Positions 14,304 through 27,805 of a DNA stretch of 64,000 nucleotides are shown here, in pieces; within the stretch, counting starts at the first letter, position 1; the number at the start of each line of letters is the position of its first letter. The DNA is taken from assembly GCA_016748015.1 (NCBI GenBank), contig JAAOMT010000529.1:128848-192847 (forward strand). The letters run 5' to 3'. Below the pieces are notes generated by a model that ran no database searches, was not told the origin of the DNA, and saw only the letters and a list, made by a program, of their open reading frames with translations. A program made the position numbers and the translations under genes. The stretch comes from Geosiphon pyriformis uo1. Taxonomy: Eukaryota > Fungi > Glomeromycota.

Positions 14304-15270
14304 GTATATATTAAATATTTAATTTAGATTAATTTGTTTAATATATTGTATTAAGTTATATATAAATTTTAGTTATAACTAATAATAATAATAAAATAAA
14401 AAAATAAAATAAAATAATTTTACAAACTTAAATATTCTTTTTTTCTTAATAAAAACCAAAACAAAAAACTAAATACAAAAAAAACTTAAAACTTTTATTA
14501 TTATTTAATATACTAAAATTAAACTATTTAATAAGTTTTTAAAAAGCTATATTATTTATTATTCTAAAAGAACTTTTAATTTTATTATTAATAAAATTGG
14601 TTTTTTTATGTAAATATTTTTTATGTTTCTAATATATAATTTTTTATTAATATTACTATTATTACTGTTAATTTTATTCTAAAAACCAAATTTTGAATTT
14701 TAATACTTTTATATTTAATAATTTTAACAAAAAACTTTACAATTATTATTTTACTAATAAGTTTTTTTGTTTTTTTGTTTATTTTACCAAAAATATATAT
14801 TAAAATATCTTTTTTAATATTTAAATAAATCCTTATTTTAATTTTATTTTTATTTTTAATTAAATTTTTACTATGTTTAGCTTAATAAATAAAAACATTA
14901 AAAAAATAATTTATAAAAAAATAAGATTAAAAAATAAATAATAAAGTATTTTTTTAGTATTTTTTTTTTTTTAAATAACTAACTATGTATAAAAAAAAAC
15001 ATAAGTTATATTTAATGTAGATCATATATATATTAAATAGCAGTATATTAAGTTTATTTGATATATTATGTATGAGTAGTTTACTTAATTAATTAGACTA
15101 ATCATTTATAAGAATCTTCATTATAATAATCACAAATTATTAAACAACTTTTATGTTGAAACAATTGGGTAATTTTGTTTTTTAACTCATTACTCTTGGT
15201 AAATTATGATAAATAATCACACTAAATAAGACCAAGTAACTAAAAGACGCGACAAAACTTAACTTCCTTC

Positions 15271-16397
15271 ATGAATCAACAAGGCTTCACTGGTAGCCAT
15301 ACCATCCCCCCTACACTATTTACTTCGGGCACCAACCTACAAGGGTCAGGTTTCACACCTTCTACCTTTCATCAATCTTTCAACTCCCAAAAACCCCCTT
15401 CAAATTTTTGCATCGGCAATGGGAGAAACAATTTCTTTCTCAAATCACAACAGCAGCCTTCAATTATTCCTGGTTCAGCACAAGTAGGCACTCAGTGCAA
15501 CCACCATCACTGGGTATGCAGAAATTGTGGTGCTCAACAAGAATGTATACAATGCAAAAAAAACGAAAACAAGCCTAGTTTATATTTAGAAGAAGAAGAA
15601 CAAGAAGAAAAGTACTTTGAGCCAGTCATAATAAATGCTGCCCTGGTAGATGGAACTCTTTATTTTCTGTTTAAAAATCCAAGGAAATTATCAAGATGCT
15701 CATTTTTTTTCACTCTTGAGCAAGAATGGTAGAAAAAGATCAAAGACTGGCTTTACTCCGGACCGGTAAGTGAAATCTTCCACAGAAATATTGATTTCAA
15801 AAGAAGTTATTTGAAATCCTTACTATCCTTTAGATGGCATGCGCGCCCAATTCGTGAAATGGATCTTACCATAATGGTACCGCCTACAAAGACATTGGAC
15901 GATCTTTTGGAAGAAATTAAACGAGATAACCTCGCCGAAGGGTCCTTATCAGAAAACCACGGCATATTTATCTCAAATGATTCCTTGTTTAGTGAATCCT
16001 CTTCTAGCTCTCAAACCAACTTTTCAAAAGACACTGATTCAACAGTGGAACTTTTGTCGCCTGAGACGAGTTTTATTGGGGAAAACATGAGGATTGACGT
16101 GTATGTGAAATTTATTTATTTGAAGCAACAAAAATTACTCTAATTCCTTCCTTTCCACCACTAAATAGCACTTCTGAGAGCTTTGGGTCTCCAAATCAAA
16201 CTTTTGCTTCTTCAAGCACAGATCGTAGTTTTGGTTTTAATTCAATGGCGGTTAATCAAAGTGCGCCGCTCAAAAAGAAAACCACGGCTCACAAACCACC
16301 AACTCCAGACCCCACATATGTACCGGAAGTTGAGATGGAGAATTCCGGTATGACCGGCAATGCTGGGATGTTTTTCAAAAATTTATGGGGGTGGTAA
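15271..16397 (+). CDS. Hypothetical protein (Cys/His cluster, weak chromo/chromo-shadow-like segment, Ser-rich tail) interrupted by an in-frame TAG; possible pseudogene
   Basis: ORFs 15271-15732 and 15811-16143 are in the same frame, separated only by TAG 15730-15732. GTATGT...TAG intron 16101-16168 keeps the frame into a last exon ending FKNLWGW* at 16397. Confidence 0.6.
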
Positions 16398-16776
16398 TTT
16401 GGTGCTACAGCTCTCACGATTCGGCATATGTTGGAACGCAAAATTCAAACAATGAGTTTTTGAGAATTTAATATATAAACCTAAATTTTGGACTGAAGCT
16501 GTCAAGAGGGCAATGGAAATTCTAATTGCTCAGACGAATGTTTATTAACCTACCCAGAATCACTGTTCTTCCTTCTAGGGGACAAATAAGCACATTAAAA
16601 TCTTTTCATAAGTCGCTATTAGCGTGATCCAAGTCGGTTTAGAGTTTTATATCTAGAAAGCTAATTACAATAAGCCTAATACTAATAATATATTTTCTGT
16701 ATAATATTAAAATGTTTCAATATCTTGGCAGTTCAGGAGACATGAATGAAAATTGGTGTATATCTATATATCCGGG

Positions 16777-19700
16777 TCAGAGTTGTGCCCTGGCCGCATA
16801 TTCTTCGATACGAGAATGTATAGTATTTTCAATTGAATCCGCCTGGGCTGCTGCTATGCGTAATACATCCTCCTTTATGAATGATATTGAAAAAATAAGT
16901 AGGAAAAATATGATTTTGAGATCCATGTCAAATTAACTACCCACCGTGACAGCGTAATTTCCTAATATATCCACATGATCTGCGGTCTTGGCGCCCCCTC
17001 GGAGATCGAAAGAGGGGGAGGTTTCATGTACGAATTCCCGTGTAATCACTTTAATTCCTGCTGGATTATAAAGAGGATTTTTCCATCCTTTGACACACAT
17101 ATAGCCCAAAGAGAGGAGAGGAACGGTACCATCCCTGTAAAAAGATCATTTAAATATGTATTATTCATTAAATTTGTTACATGTCGTCAATAAAATGGTT
17201 TAATACCCTTCTCCAGTGTGTATTCCGCTTTTTAAACCTTGATTGTCGATATTGATTGAACTATCAATAAATACATTTCTAAAAATTTTTCCCTTATATT
17301 TAAAATGATGCACATTAGGGTGAGGTTCTTTTTTCGACTTCTCATCGGAGGTACATCCTTCACAGTGGCTATTAGTATCAGCTTCATCATGTGAGTAATA
17401 ATAACGGCGCTCTGTCTCCTTGCCTACTCCGTATAAGCAATAAATTTTCATATCAGGTGCATATGGAAGCCGAGACTCCAAAGGATTTGACCACTTTGTG
17501 TGATCAACATCGTCACGAAAATCCTGTAAATTTTCAGCAATTCCAAAGCTATAGTTAGTAGATAACATATGACTGAACACATTGTTGGTATGGTTTTGGA
17601 GAAAGTTCACAACTGAGGGGCAGGTGTGATGATAAGTAAGATGAGTTTCATCGTTTGGTAAATGGTTTTCATTGTCAGTCTGGTCTTTTGTTTTGTTTTT
17701 ATTACTCGTGATTAAGCGAAAAGTTAACATCGGTCCATAAGATTCTCGCTCGGTCCCAGCGTCATAAAATTTATCATCAGGAGCATGTGTATTGTTACCC
17801 CAAACAGCTTCACCTCCTTTGGGAAGCATGGAGGCAAGCCCACCCCAAGTTCGAAAAAGTTCTGAACGTTCTCGCTTTGAAAAAAATCGCTCTAGAAGAT
17901 ATATACCAAATGCGCCTAATTCAACAGTATCTCGCATTTCTCCTATGATTGACACGTTCAAAATTATATTAGGGATGATAAGTTGCTCGAAGGTGAAAAT
18001 AATGGTTTCAAGAAAAATGATGAGAACTCAGAAATAGCAGGATGAGTTGATTGTAATAATGGTTAAATCGAACATAATACCAGAAAGTAAAGCGGACAAA
18101 GCTTTCGGCAAACCTAACAAAGGTCCCCCGATGTTTATAAAAGATTCAATGTGATCGTTGACCCAATTTGGACCCCCGTTGCCACCCATTGGTGATTCCA
18201 CCCATTTTAAAAAATACAAAACCACCGTGCTGCCTAAATATTATGGAGATGATTTTAATTGTAGCTGTACTTTCATGATTAGGATGAAACAAATATAACT
18301 TAAGATTCTTACCCAAAGAATGGGCAACTATGACACTTTTTTTCCTATCCAACTTTTTGGCCATTTCTATGGTGCCTTTAAGCTTTGAGTAATATTTATC
18401 CCTGGTCTCAAGGTTATAGATTGATAATCGCCAATCATACGCTGCCAAGTGCATGTTGTTGGAATCATATCCAATGGAGGCAAAATTCTGTATCATCTTA
18501 CCTGTTATGTTTTTAAAAAAAAACGAGTGCCATATAAATCAACTGATTCTGGATTATGAAGAGGAATAAAAAATCTAGTGCACTCACCCCATACCCAATA
18601 ACTTTACATTACGATGAATCAAATTCAAAAAAAAGGGAAAATAATTAAAGTAAAAGTGGTTAAGACAAAAGTTTTACAACAAAATACAACTTACCCAGGA
18701 AATAAGTAATCTGCAGCATCCAATCCTATTTTACTCAAAGAATCAGTAGTTTTAAGGTATAAAGCGTGTAATTTATGAGAAGAGATAATAGAGATTGGAT
18801 TCTTGCCTTGTGCAGCCCGAAGTTTAACCCCAGGCGGATCTAAACCGGTAACTGGATCGAGTTTCATATGATCTTTCCAGCATTCTTTATCCAAAAGCAC
18901 AGCGCGAAACATGGCTGAATAGATCAAGAATCAAAATCCAAATATTTCCAAGGCAAATAATAAGAGCATAGAAGAGACGAGAAAATTGATATTGAGCGAG
19001 AAAGCGTCCACACTATCCAAATCCGGAAACAGTCAAAGCAAGATGACATGGAAGGGATTTTAAGAACTCATAAAGGGCATGTCCCAAATAATTACCAGTG
19101 GTACCCCACATTCGCTTTCTAAAATATTTTTGCGAACAGTTTGAAGTGCTCCAGCTTTCCAATCCCTAAAAATTTAACAGAAAACTTATGAGATCAGATA
19201 GATATAATGCTATTCCACTTGATTACCAAAATTAAACTTACAGTAGAAACGATTCCTGGAACCAAAATCACCGGGTGTTCTCCTCTTAACCCACTTGTGG
19301 CCAATTTCAGTCCAGGCATAAATTCAGTGTCCACCAGTATCTTAGGCTTTAGATACATGGTCATATTTCCTATTAGCTCGTCTACCAAGATATTGGCCGG
19401 TAAAAGGCTAGTGAAATCCAAATCAGGAAACGACCCTGTAATGAAGTTGGATAGAGTGTGAAATTGGTGAACGGTGGTGGGCTCTGTGAAAGCCCAGGCG
19501 ATTGCAAGACCAAATAATAGGCCGGCAGTGAAAATCACGCGTTTTCGAGTAAGAAAAGGTTTTGGTTCTTCATGTTTCAAAAAGAATGTTTCATTTACGA
19601 TCTGCTCGACGTCTTCAATTGTCGCGCTATTGTTGCGCCGCGAACCGCTAGAACCTTGTTTTTCATGCTTAGGAATTTGTAGCTTTGGCATTGTAGAGCT

Positions 19701-19781
19701 TTGAAAGGGGGTTGGTGTAACGGTTGTTACAAGCTCGTCGTTCGGGGAATTTTTTTTTCTTGTTCTACGTTTTTGCACCAT
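16777..19781 (-). CDS. LRO1: Phospholipid:diacylglycerol acyltransferase (PDAT, LCAT family), multi-exon
   Basis: N-terminal TM helix; motifs HPVILVPGIVSTGLESW, YFRKRMWG, AAQGLDAADY, GYWVWGKMI, AYDWRLS, AHSLG lipase box, KIYCLYGVGKETER, GDGTVPLLS, ADHVDILGN; ends AARAQL* at 16777; GT-AG introns. Confidence 0.95.
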
Positions 19782-20256
19782 GTTAACAGCGAGAGTTTGA
19801 ATAACGACGAAAACTAGTATCTTTGCAGTTGTGCCATATATGCAAAAGTATTTGATGCTTCAGAACGAGTTTTTTCGCCTTCAATAGACCGTCGAAATAA
19901 TTTACCAGACTCTCAGAAGCGAAGGTTTGGTATCAATCAATCCTGAAAAGCTGTGAAGAAAACTTCATCGTTTTGAACCCTTTAAGGCTCAGATAACCAG
20001 CGAGCTTGATCTACTGAACCTATGGTAAAAATAGAGATTTGATTCCATGGAAAAGTAGATAAATACCGAATCAGGAAAGAATCATTCAGGGAAAAAGATA
20101 AATATTTGAAAAAAGATGTTTAGGTATTCAATTGATCAAGCGAAGACCTCATAATCTGAGCTCAACGGGGCAACTCAAAAAGAGATAAATTTGAACTTGA
20201 GACTTCTGCTCCGCTTCAATAATTTATCTACAATTCTATAATTCGAATGCGTAATC

Positions 20257-22073
20257 TCATCTATTTTCGTTTCCCAGGTCTTGCCCATTTCCCCCATCAA
20301 GAGTATTTGCAGCAACGTTAACTCCATTATGATTATTTACATTGGGATTTTGTGCAATTAATTTTGCGTTAGCAATCACTTGAAGTATATCATCAAGAGA
20401 TTCTCTCCAACCTTCAAATTTTGATGATAACTGTTGCCATTGAGCCATTGTAAAGGTACGATAAGTTGTTCTATTTACGAATATTGTTTTTTGTACTTGA
20501 TTAATCTTGGCTTCCATCAAATTGGCTCGGATGACTAGGGAGTTAGATTAGAATTGAGATTGTATTTGAATAGAGCAAAATCTTGACTTTATTTTTATCA
20601 AAAGTGGGCTTACCGTCAATCGTCCACATTTCTACCTCCTCTTCATCGATCTCGAGAGCTTTTGCGATGGTATTGTAAGAAATTTCACGAGATACGTGTT
20701 CAGATGCCAACGAAGCCAAAGTAAGCAAACGAATTTTTCTGATATTATCATCATTAGATAGCCCTAAAGAGCAAAGGAGATTGAATACTTGAAAAAAAGT
20801 ACAAATGTACGCTGAGGTGTTGAGAAAAATAACATGAGATTGACCAAGGAAATATTACCAAGTTTTTCAACGAACCCGAGATTTTTTTCTATAAATGCCT
20901 TATATTCCTTAAGGTTTCCACCTAAAAAAACCTGGAGTAACTCAAATATTTTCTCCTCCTTAAGTGCTTCTACAGCTTCTAATTCAAGTAAATCCTCGAA
21001 GCGAAATGTTTCTCGGAACTTTATTGATTGAACAATGGCACGCCTTGCCGCTTCTTTTGCAACATTCAAATCATTGGAAGAGGTATAGGTGGCGAGATAT
21101 TTCAGTAAAAAATCATAAGCTCTTAAGCTAAATAATGTGAAGTTTTGGTTCTCAGCTTATTGATATGTACATTTACCGTGAAAAACAAATTGGAACCTAC
21201 ACTTCACCGGCCTCCTCCAACTTTTCTGAAACTCTTAAATATAGTTCTCGCGTTTGTTCTTTGGAGATTGCCCATTCACGAACCCAGATATCCAAACGTG
21301 ATAGTTGTGGTAATAAAGTCTCAATTTCATCGTATTGCGTTGCAATATCAAGAATTGCCAAGAATACATAATAGCGAAGAGTACTAGTATATTCTAAAGT
21401 GTTGTATAAATTTTGGAGACTGCAATCAACAAAGATTAGAAAGATTATATTGTGAAATCAATCTCGAGGAATTATTAGATTAGGCGGGATAGGAGAAAAT
21501 AAAAATATTACACTTTAAGCTTTTGGATTGCTTTTTCATTCTTGTCATTGACCAAAGCCTGAATTGAGCTTTTTATTAAGGTGTCATGTGTTTCAGGAGA
21601 AGCGGATTTTAGGATGGCAATAAGTAAATTGAATAGTGGTTCAAAATCTTCATCAGATATGAGACGAATTTTGAGATTATTTGAAAACATTTTTTATTAA
21701 TTTAAATGATGAATAACTCAACAAAGTACCTTTTTCAGGCGCGTCTAATATAGTAGCTGTTTCAGCAGTGAGTTTCTGAAAGACAAGTTCACTTTTGTTT
21801 TCTTTCAGCAAGTTTGCTACTTCTACTAGGAAAGCTCCTCCCTCCTCAGGTTCACCTTTAAGTTTGGAGGTATATGCCGCAAACTCAGTGGCCTAAATAA
21901 TGAAGCGGCCATCATTAAACACGTAAGGAGAGGCCACTTTGAAAAATGTGGGTTGAGCTAAGAGTCACACTTTCAACACTTATATTAAGACTGATTTGAA
22001 CCCTTTTAGATCCAATAAAGCGTACCTGCACCTCCAAGGGGTCCTCGGTGAAAACGGTGTTAACATAAGACAT
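20257..22073 (-). CDS. eIF3m: Eukaryotic translation initiation factor 3 subunit M (PCI domain), multi-exon
   Basis: Starts [16 protein letters not shown]; C-terminal PCI domain [12 protein letters not shown]...[36 protein letters not shown]...[11 protein letters not shown]. Confidence 0.88.
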
Positions 22074-22299
22074 ACTTTTTTCAGCGGCACTCTGTGAACA
22101 CGCGGTTGAGAGCAGGCGAGGAAATCTTATTTCTTGATGAAAATTTACGTCGAACACAAAATAGAATTAGATTAACTTCCATATCTATCGATCAACTTCT
22201 ACATTACCTGATATCTGATAGGTGGTTGCGAAAGCAAATCACTAAAATTTATGTGGAAAAAACGGGAGTCCGTCCACCTTCAACCTTAACATTATTAAA
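22074..22299. promoter_or_regulatory. Putative bidirectional promoter between eIF3m and proteasome alpha-2
   Basis: Only 226 bp separate the two divergent ATGs; CpGs retained. Inferred from position only. Confidence 0.6.
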
Positions 22300-23341
22300 A
22301 TGACTGATCGATATAGGTATATAGTTACTAAACGCGACTTCAAAATGTAGAGCTGGGGCTTTTTTAAAGATTCTTGCTATTGTTTTATAGCTTTTCCCTA
22401 ACCACCTTCTCGCCGTCTGGCAAATTGGTTCAAATTGAATATGCTCTGAACGCGGTTGCGCAAGGAGTTACCAGTATTGGGATTAAAGGTAGCTATAATT
22501 TGCTTAAAAAATCCCCTCTCTTTGTGAATCCCTGTAATTCATTTATTGTTTAATGGTTAAAATAATTTTAGCAACAAATGGTGTGGTTATTGCCACTGAA
22601 AAGAAAACCGCCTCCCCACTCATCGATGATTCATCACTTGAAAAAGTGGCAACTATTTGTCCGAATATTGGGATTGTCTACTCGGGAATGGGCCCGGATT
22701 TTCGGGTCTTAGTAGCAAAAGCACGAAAGGCTGCCCAGAAATACAAACAAGTATACGATGAATATCCCCCAACAGGCATCTTGGTCAAAGAAGTCGCCAG
22801 CGTGATGCAGGAATTTACGCAGAGCGGGTGAGAGAAAGTTCGTTTCAAAATTTTTGATCTTCTCTAATTAACTTTGGCTTTTTGTGGCTAACATTTGTTA
22901 ACGTGTTCAAGTGGTGTGAGACCATTCGGAGTTTCTTTGCTCATTGCTGGATATGACCAAACTGGCCCAACGTTGTATCAGGTGGATCCATCTGGATCTT
23001 ATTGGGCTTGGAAGGCTTCTGCTATCGGAAAAAATATGATCAATGCCAAAACCTTCTTAGAAAAACGGTGAAAATTCGCATTTTTTCTTTATGGTGTTTT
23101 GTGTTCCTCGTCTTATAAGATTCGTTACTTTAGATATAGTGATGACATCGAAATCGAAGATGCCGTCCATACTGCCATTCTTACTTTAAAGGAAGGTTTT
23201 GAAGGGCAAATGACAGAGAATTCAATTGAGATTGGGATAATTGGTAACGGCGTGAATTTGTTTAATTCGGACAAGGACCGTCCTCTATTCAAAAAACTGG
23301 CACCCTCGGAGGTTAAAGACTATTTAGCTAACATAGCTTAA
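22300..23341 (+). CDS. PRE8: 20S proteasome subunit alpha-2, multi-exon
   Basis: Spliced N-terminus [28 protein letters not shown] (intron 22317-22390); [57 protein letters not shown]. Confidence 0.97.
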
Positions 23342-23620
23342 AAAAGCATAGTAATTAACAAAACTCAAACAGTGAACTGAAATTATAAATATGGAAGGAT
23401 CAAATATCTTTGAAATAAGATAATTTTTAGTATTAAAAGTTATTTACAAATCCCTTGAATGAATCTATACAAAAGAAATCAAAAGTTAATAACCTTTGCA
23501 AATTTCCATAAGACAGGCAAATTATGTGTGATTGTGTAATTTTGGCTCAAAAACGATGTCGATCAAATGAATAATGATATTACAAAAAGAAATGAATAGT
23601 GCTAGTTTGATGTAAAGCAA

Positions 23621-25862
23621 TTAACGGCGACGAGAGGTCGAATGCGTCCTGGATCTTGACCTCCTTGATCCACGGCGTTCCCTTTCCCGTCCTCTATTAC
23701 GTTCACGTTCGCTATCCCGTTCACGTAACCTTTCGCGATCACGATCCCTAACCCTATCGCGATCCCTATCTTTCTCTCTTTCCTTATCCTTCTCTCTTTC
23801 CTTATCCTTCTCTCTTTCCTTATCCTTCTCTCTTTCTTTGTCCCTCTCTCTTTCCTTGTCCCTCTCTCTTTCCTTATCCTTATCCTTCTCTCTTTCCTTG
23901 TCCTTCTCACGATCCCTATCTTTCTCTCTTTCCCTGTCCTTCTCACGATCCCTATCCCTATCTTTCTCTCTTTCCTTGTCCTTCTCTCTTTCCTTGTCCT
24001 TCTCTCTTTCCTTATCTTTATCTCTTTCCTTATCCTTGTCACGATCCCTATCTTTCTCTCTTTCTCTGTTATCTTTCTCTCTTTCTCTGTCCTTCTCACG
24101 ATCCCTATCTTTCTCTCTTTCTTTATCCTTGTCACGATCCCTATCTCTCTCTCTTTCCCTGTCCTTTTCTCGATCCCTATCCTTTTCTCGATCTTTATCT
24201 TTTTCTCGATCTTTATCTTTTTCTTTTTCTCTTTCCCTCTCTTTTTCCCTTTCCCTCTCTTTTTCCCTTTCCCTCTCTTTTTCCCTTTCCCTTTCCCTTT
24301 CTTTTTCTTTTTCCCGATCCCTTTCGCGATCCCTTTCTCGATCCCTATCCCTTTCACGATAACGTTCACCTAAAATGAAATTAAATTGGTCACATTTATC
24401 TGTCTCTTAAGATCAAAATTTCAAATTACCAAAATCACCTCTATTGCGTTCCTTTGAACGGCTTCGGGATCTTCGACGACGATAATGAGAGTCTAATGAT
24501 AGAGGGAGATCTGTGGATAATAATGATTCAAAGCATTGTTGTGATTAGCAACTATGATTGATTATTAAGATTCTGGATGAATTCAGCTCACCTCGATCCC
24601 TTGATCTTGATCTTGTACGCGACCCATGTCTCCTTGGTCTACTTCTGCTTCGTGATCGAGATCTACTTCTATCAAGTTTAATAGATCTAGAACTACTTCT
24701 TCTTAATTTGACATCTGCAACGGGAGAGACATCTTCCATTATAGTGTCGTCCATTGTAGGGGTACCAGTAGGACTGTCCTCGGTTTGATTTGGATCATTG
24801 GTGCTTAACCGACTTTGAATTCTGGCTTGTGCCTCACGCACACGACGCATTGTTGCTTGTACATCTGGAGCATCATTTTTCTTTGGAGTTTTATTGATAG
24901 CATTCTTTGAATGATTCACCCTAAAAACGATCAAAGGTCGACTTATTATTAGGTCAACGAAAACTGCCAGCCAATAAGGCCTAAGTTTAGAACAAGGAAA
25001 AAATTCCAAGCCTCACTTCAAAGGTCTTTCTCCAAGCATTACACCGTTCATATTCATGGCGGCTTGCGCACCTTCATAAGTCGCGAATTCTAAGAATGCG
25101 AATCTAGTGGGTTGAGCTGGATCGCCTGCCATTTTCACGTATGCCACTGGTCCACAGGCCGAAAAAAACTGGGTCAACTCCGGCTCAGATATTGATGAAT
25201 TAATATTGCCTATGTAAACAGTCCGCGAGATTTCTTCAGCTTTAGCCGGATCAAATTGAGCTACCGTTGATGATATGGCAGGGTTCGCTCGAATCGCTGC
25301 GAGAGAGCTAGCTGAAATTGGTTGGACAGGGGAAAGTAAAGTAGTAGGAGGTTTAGGAGGAATAGCCTGCATTATTTTTGAAGGGGGAGGAGGAGGCCTT
25401 GGTGGTGAAAGAGCAGTTAAAAGCGGTGGTATTTGTTGCTGAAATGGGTGTGTGTAATCGTTGATACCGGCTGGTGCTGTTGTTGACGAGACCATTAAGG
25501 TACGATCCCCCAATTCCACCCCAGTAAGATGAAGAGCTGTTATCGCCGAGGAAGTTTCCTTGAACTCCACGATACATTCTTGTACACCATCTCCATGTGG
25601 GCTGCCATAAACGCCAAGTTAGGAAAATAGTAATCGTAGTATAGGCAAAACCGCGAGTCGACTAGCATAAAAAACCTGTTATGAAGCTTTATTTTTGTAA
25701 CCTCGCCCAGATATTCGAACAACTGCTTTAAAATCGGCTCAGTTACCAAGGCTGATATGTTTGCAACCTATCAAAGAAATGAACATATAAAATAAGCAAT
25801 ATGGTATAATTATTTTGTGCAAAAATTCCTGTGTTCACCTTGATAACGTTGTCAACCGACAT
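23621..25862 (-). CDS. SR-related splicing factor with two RRMs, an RS domain and a long KD/KE/RD/RE tract (SRSF11/SREK1-like)
   Basis: RRM1 split over exons (VIKVANISALVTE...ECIVEF...LHLTGVELGDR); RRM2 EEISRTVYIGNI...RMAGD-like KMAGD...RFAFLEF...RPLK|VNHSKNAI; RSRSRS tracts; ends RSRSRTHSTSRRR* at 23621. Confidence 0.88.
23700..24362 (-). repeat. Coding minisatellite (6-bp period, 18-bp higher-order units such as GAGAAGGATAAGGAAAGA) encoding a mixed-charge dipeptide tract
   Basis: Pyrimidine-rich periodic array on + (tttccttatccttctctc and variants) inside the last exon of the SR-related gene. Confidence 0.9.
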
Positions 25863-26397
25863 AGCGCGTCATTCGAAGCCAAGTAATACCTGAAAGTTTT
25901 TTCACAAAAGCCTTCCTTCACTGTCAAAAATCTAATGTCAGTATTAATACTGCATGGGATAGGTATTGTCATATATCGCTGAAATTAAATGTTAACCCAT
26001 GTTTTTAGTAAAAAAAATTAATATATATTGTTTAATATATTTACTACCAAAAATTTTTACTTAATTTTAATATTAATTTATAAATTGTTTTTTAAATTAA
26101 TTTTCACAAATTGTTTAATTTGAATTATTAAATTAAAGTTTTTAAAGTTTAAAATTAAATATTAAATTTATGAAATATGTACATGTATATTAATTTTGAT
26201 AAAAGTTAATACAATCAAAAAACTTGAAATTATTATTTAAATAACACAAAAATTAATAATAAAAAATTTTATTTTTTTGTTAATAATTGTATAATATACT
26301 TATCAAAAAACTCTTTTTTTTATAATTTTATGATAACAACTAAAGTAAAAAGTAAAAAAAAAACAATTATTCAAAAACAAAAAAAGTTTTTAATCAT

Positions 26398-27166
26398 TAT
26401 TACTCATAAAAAGAAAACAGATATAGAAAAATAGTAGACCAATAAGAGAGTAGTAGTTAGCATGTGAGCATATTGCTCAGCAATGTGAGCATTGCTTGAG
26501 AAATTATAGCTCATCACTCAAGAATAGGAGCAATCTTATAAAACCCAAATTATGTATATATAGTGGTAGCATTAAAAGTAAAAAAAACAGATCTTTCAGT
26601 TTAGATTTTATCTAAGCAACCTCAATTTACAAATATCAATAAATAATTATTTACTATCTCAATCTACTCTTTACTATTAACACTTCATGTTGATAGTAAT
26701 TGATACTTAACTATACAGAAACAATAGCTCTTGATCACAGCTATTGATGGAATACTAATTTGCAATTGCATTGGCTTATTTTTTTTATTTTTTTATTTTT
26801 TTATTTGATTTTATTGTTGTTTATTGAATTGATTAAGAGGATTAAAGTGCTAAGTTATTAACGTCATGGATAGCCTGGTAAAAGACCCAGAAATAAGGAT
26901 AGTATTATATATATTAACAGATAGCTTACCAGAAAGACATGACTGCCAGATTAAACTGGCCACCATGCTGAAAACAGAAATTAGGAAAACAACTAAGAGA
27001 ACAACCTAAACCAACTATAACAAATCTCTGTTCATTATACAAAAAACTCAACTCTAAAACCTTCAGATACAACCAATGTACCAGTATTACCAGCATTATC
27101 AAAATATTAAGCACCAAGTTATGAATTTGTTATTTGATTTGAAACCCCAAATAATCATCTATAACA
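26398..27166 (+). mobile_element. Solo LTR, gypsy family B
   Basis: TATTACTCAT...TATAACA (decayed TG..CA) termini; TSD TCAT/CCAT; reverse-complement match to 46628-47433. Confidence 0.9.
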
Positions 27167-27805
27167 CCATTAAAAAAACATTATTTTTGTTTTAAGTAAA
27201 AATTTTTCTTTTTTTTAAGTAATTTATTAATGTTGTTATTATTATATTAAAATTTTTAGAAAAACCAAATTAATAAAGAAACAATCTTTTTTATTCTTAA
27301 ATTAATATACTTAATTTTTTAAAACATTAAAAGCAGTAATTTTTTTTGGTTTTAAAATCTGTTTTTTAAAAATAATATTTGACTTTTTTTAATTTTTGGT
27401 ATTTTTATTAATTTTGTAATATTAATATTAATTGTAATATTTAATTTTATATTAATTGTAAACAATAGTTTTTTATCTTAAATAAAAATAATAATAACAG
27501 TTTGTTAAATTAGTATTTGGCTATATTGTTTAATATAAATAATTTTAATTAATTATTATTAGTTTTAAAAACAAAACATATTATGTTTTAATATGTTTTT
27601 TACTTAATAAATTCATTATATTATTTAAATACAAAAATTAAACTAAAAAAATAAAAACCAAAATTGTTTTTTTTTTGAAAATATTATAATTTTAATAATA
27701 TTTAAAACCAATTATTAAAATTTTTTATTATAATATTTAATATTATTGTTAAGATTAAAATAACTTATATTAAAATTATGTTTTAATTATTATATAATTT
27801 TTTAA

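Noticed and set aside
23602-24369. 255-aa Lys/Arg/Ile-rich ORF (-) and 174-aa Ser-Leu ORF (+)
   Set aside because: Alternative-frame and antisense shadows of the 6-bp coding repeat in the SR-related gene.
25852-25872. Overlapping 6-codon uORF (MTRYVG*) upstream of the SR-related gene start
   Set aside because: TSS unknown, and a short uATG is easily explained by chance; no support without transcript data.
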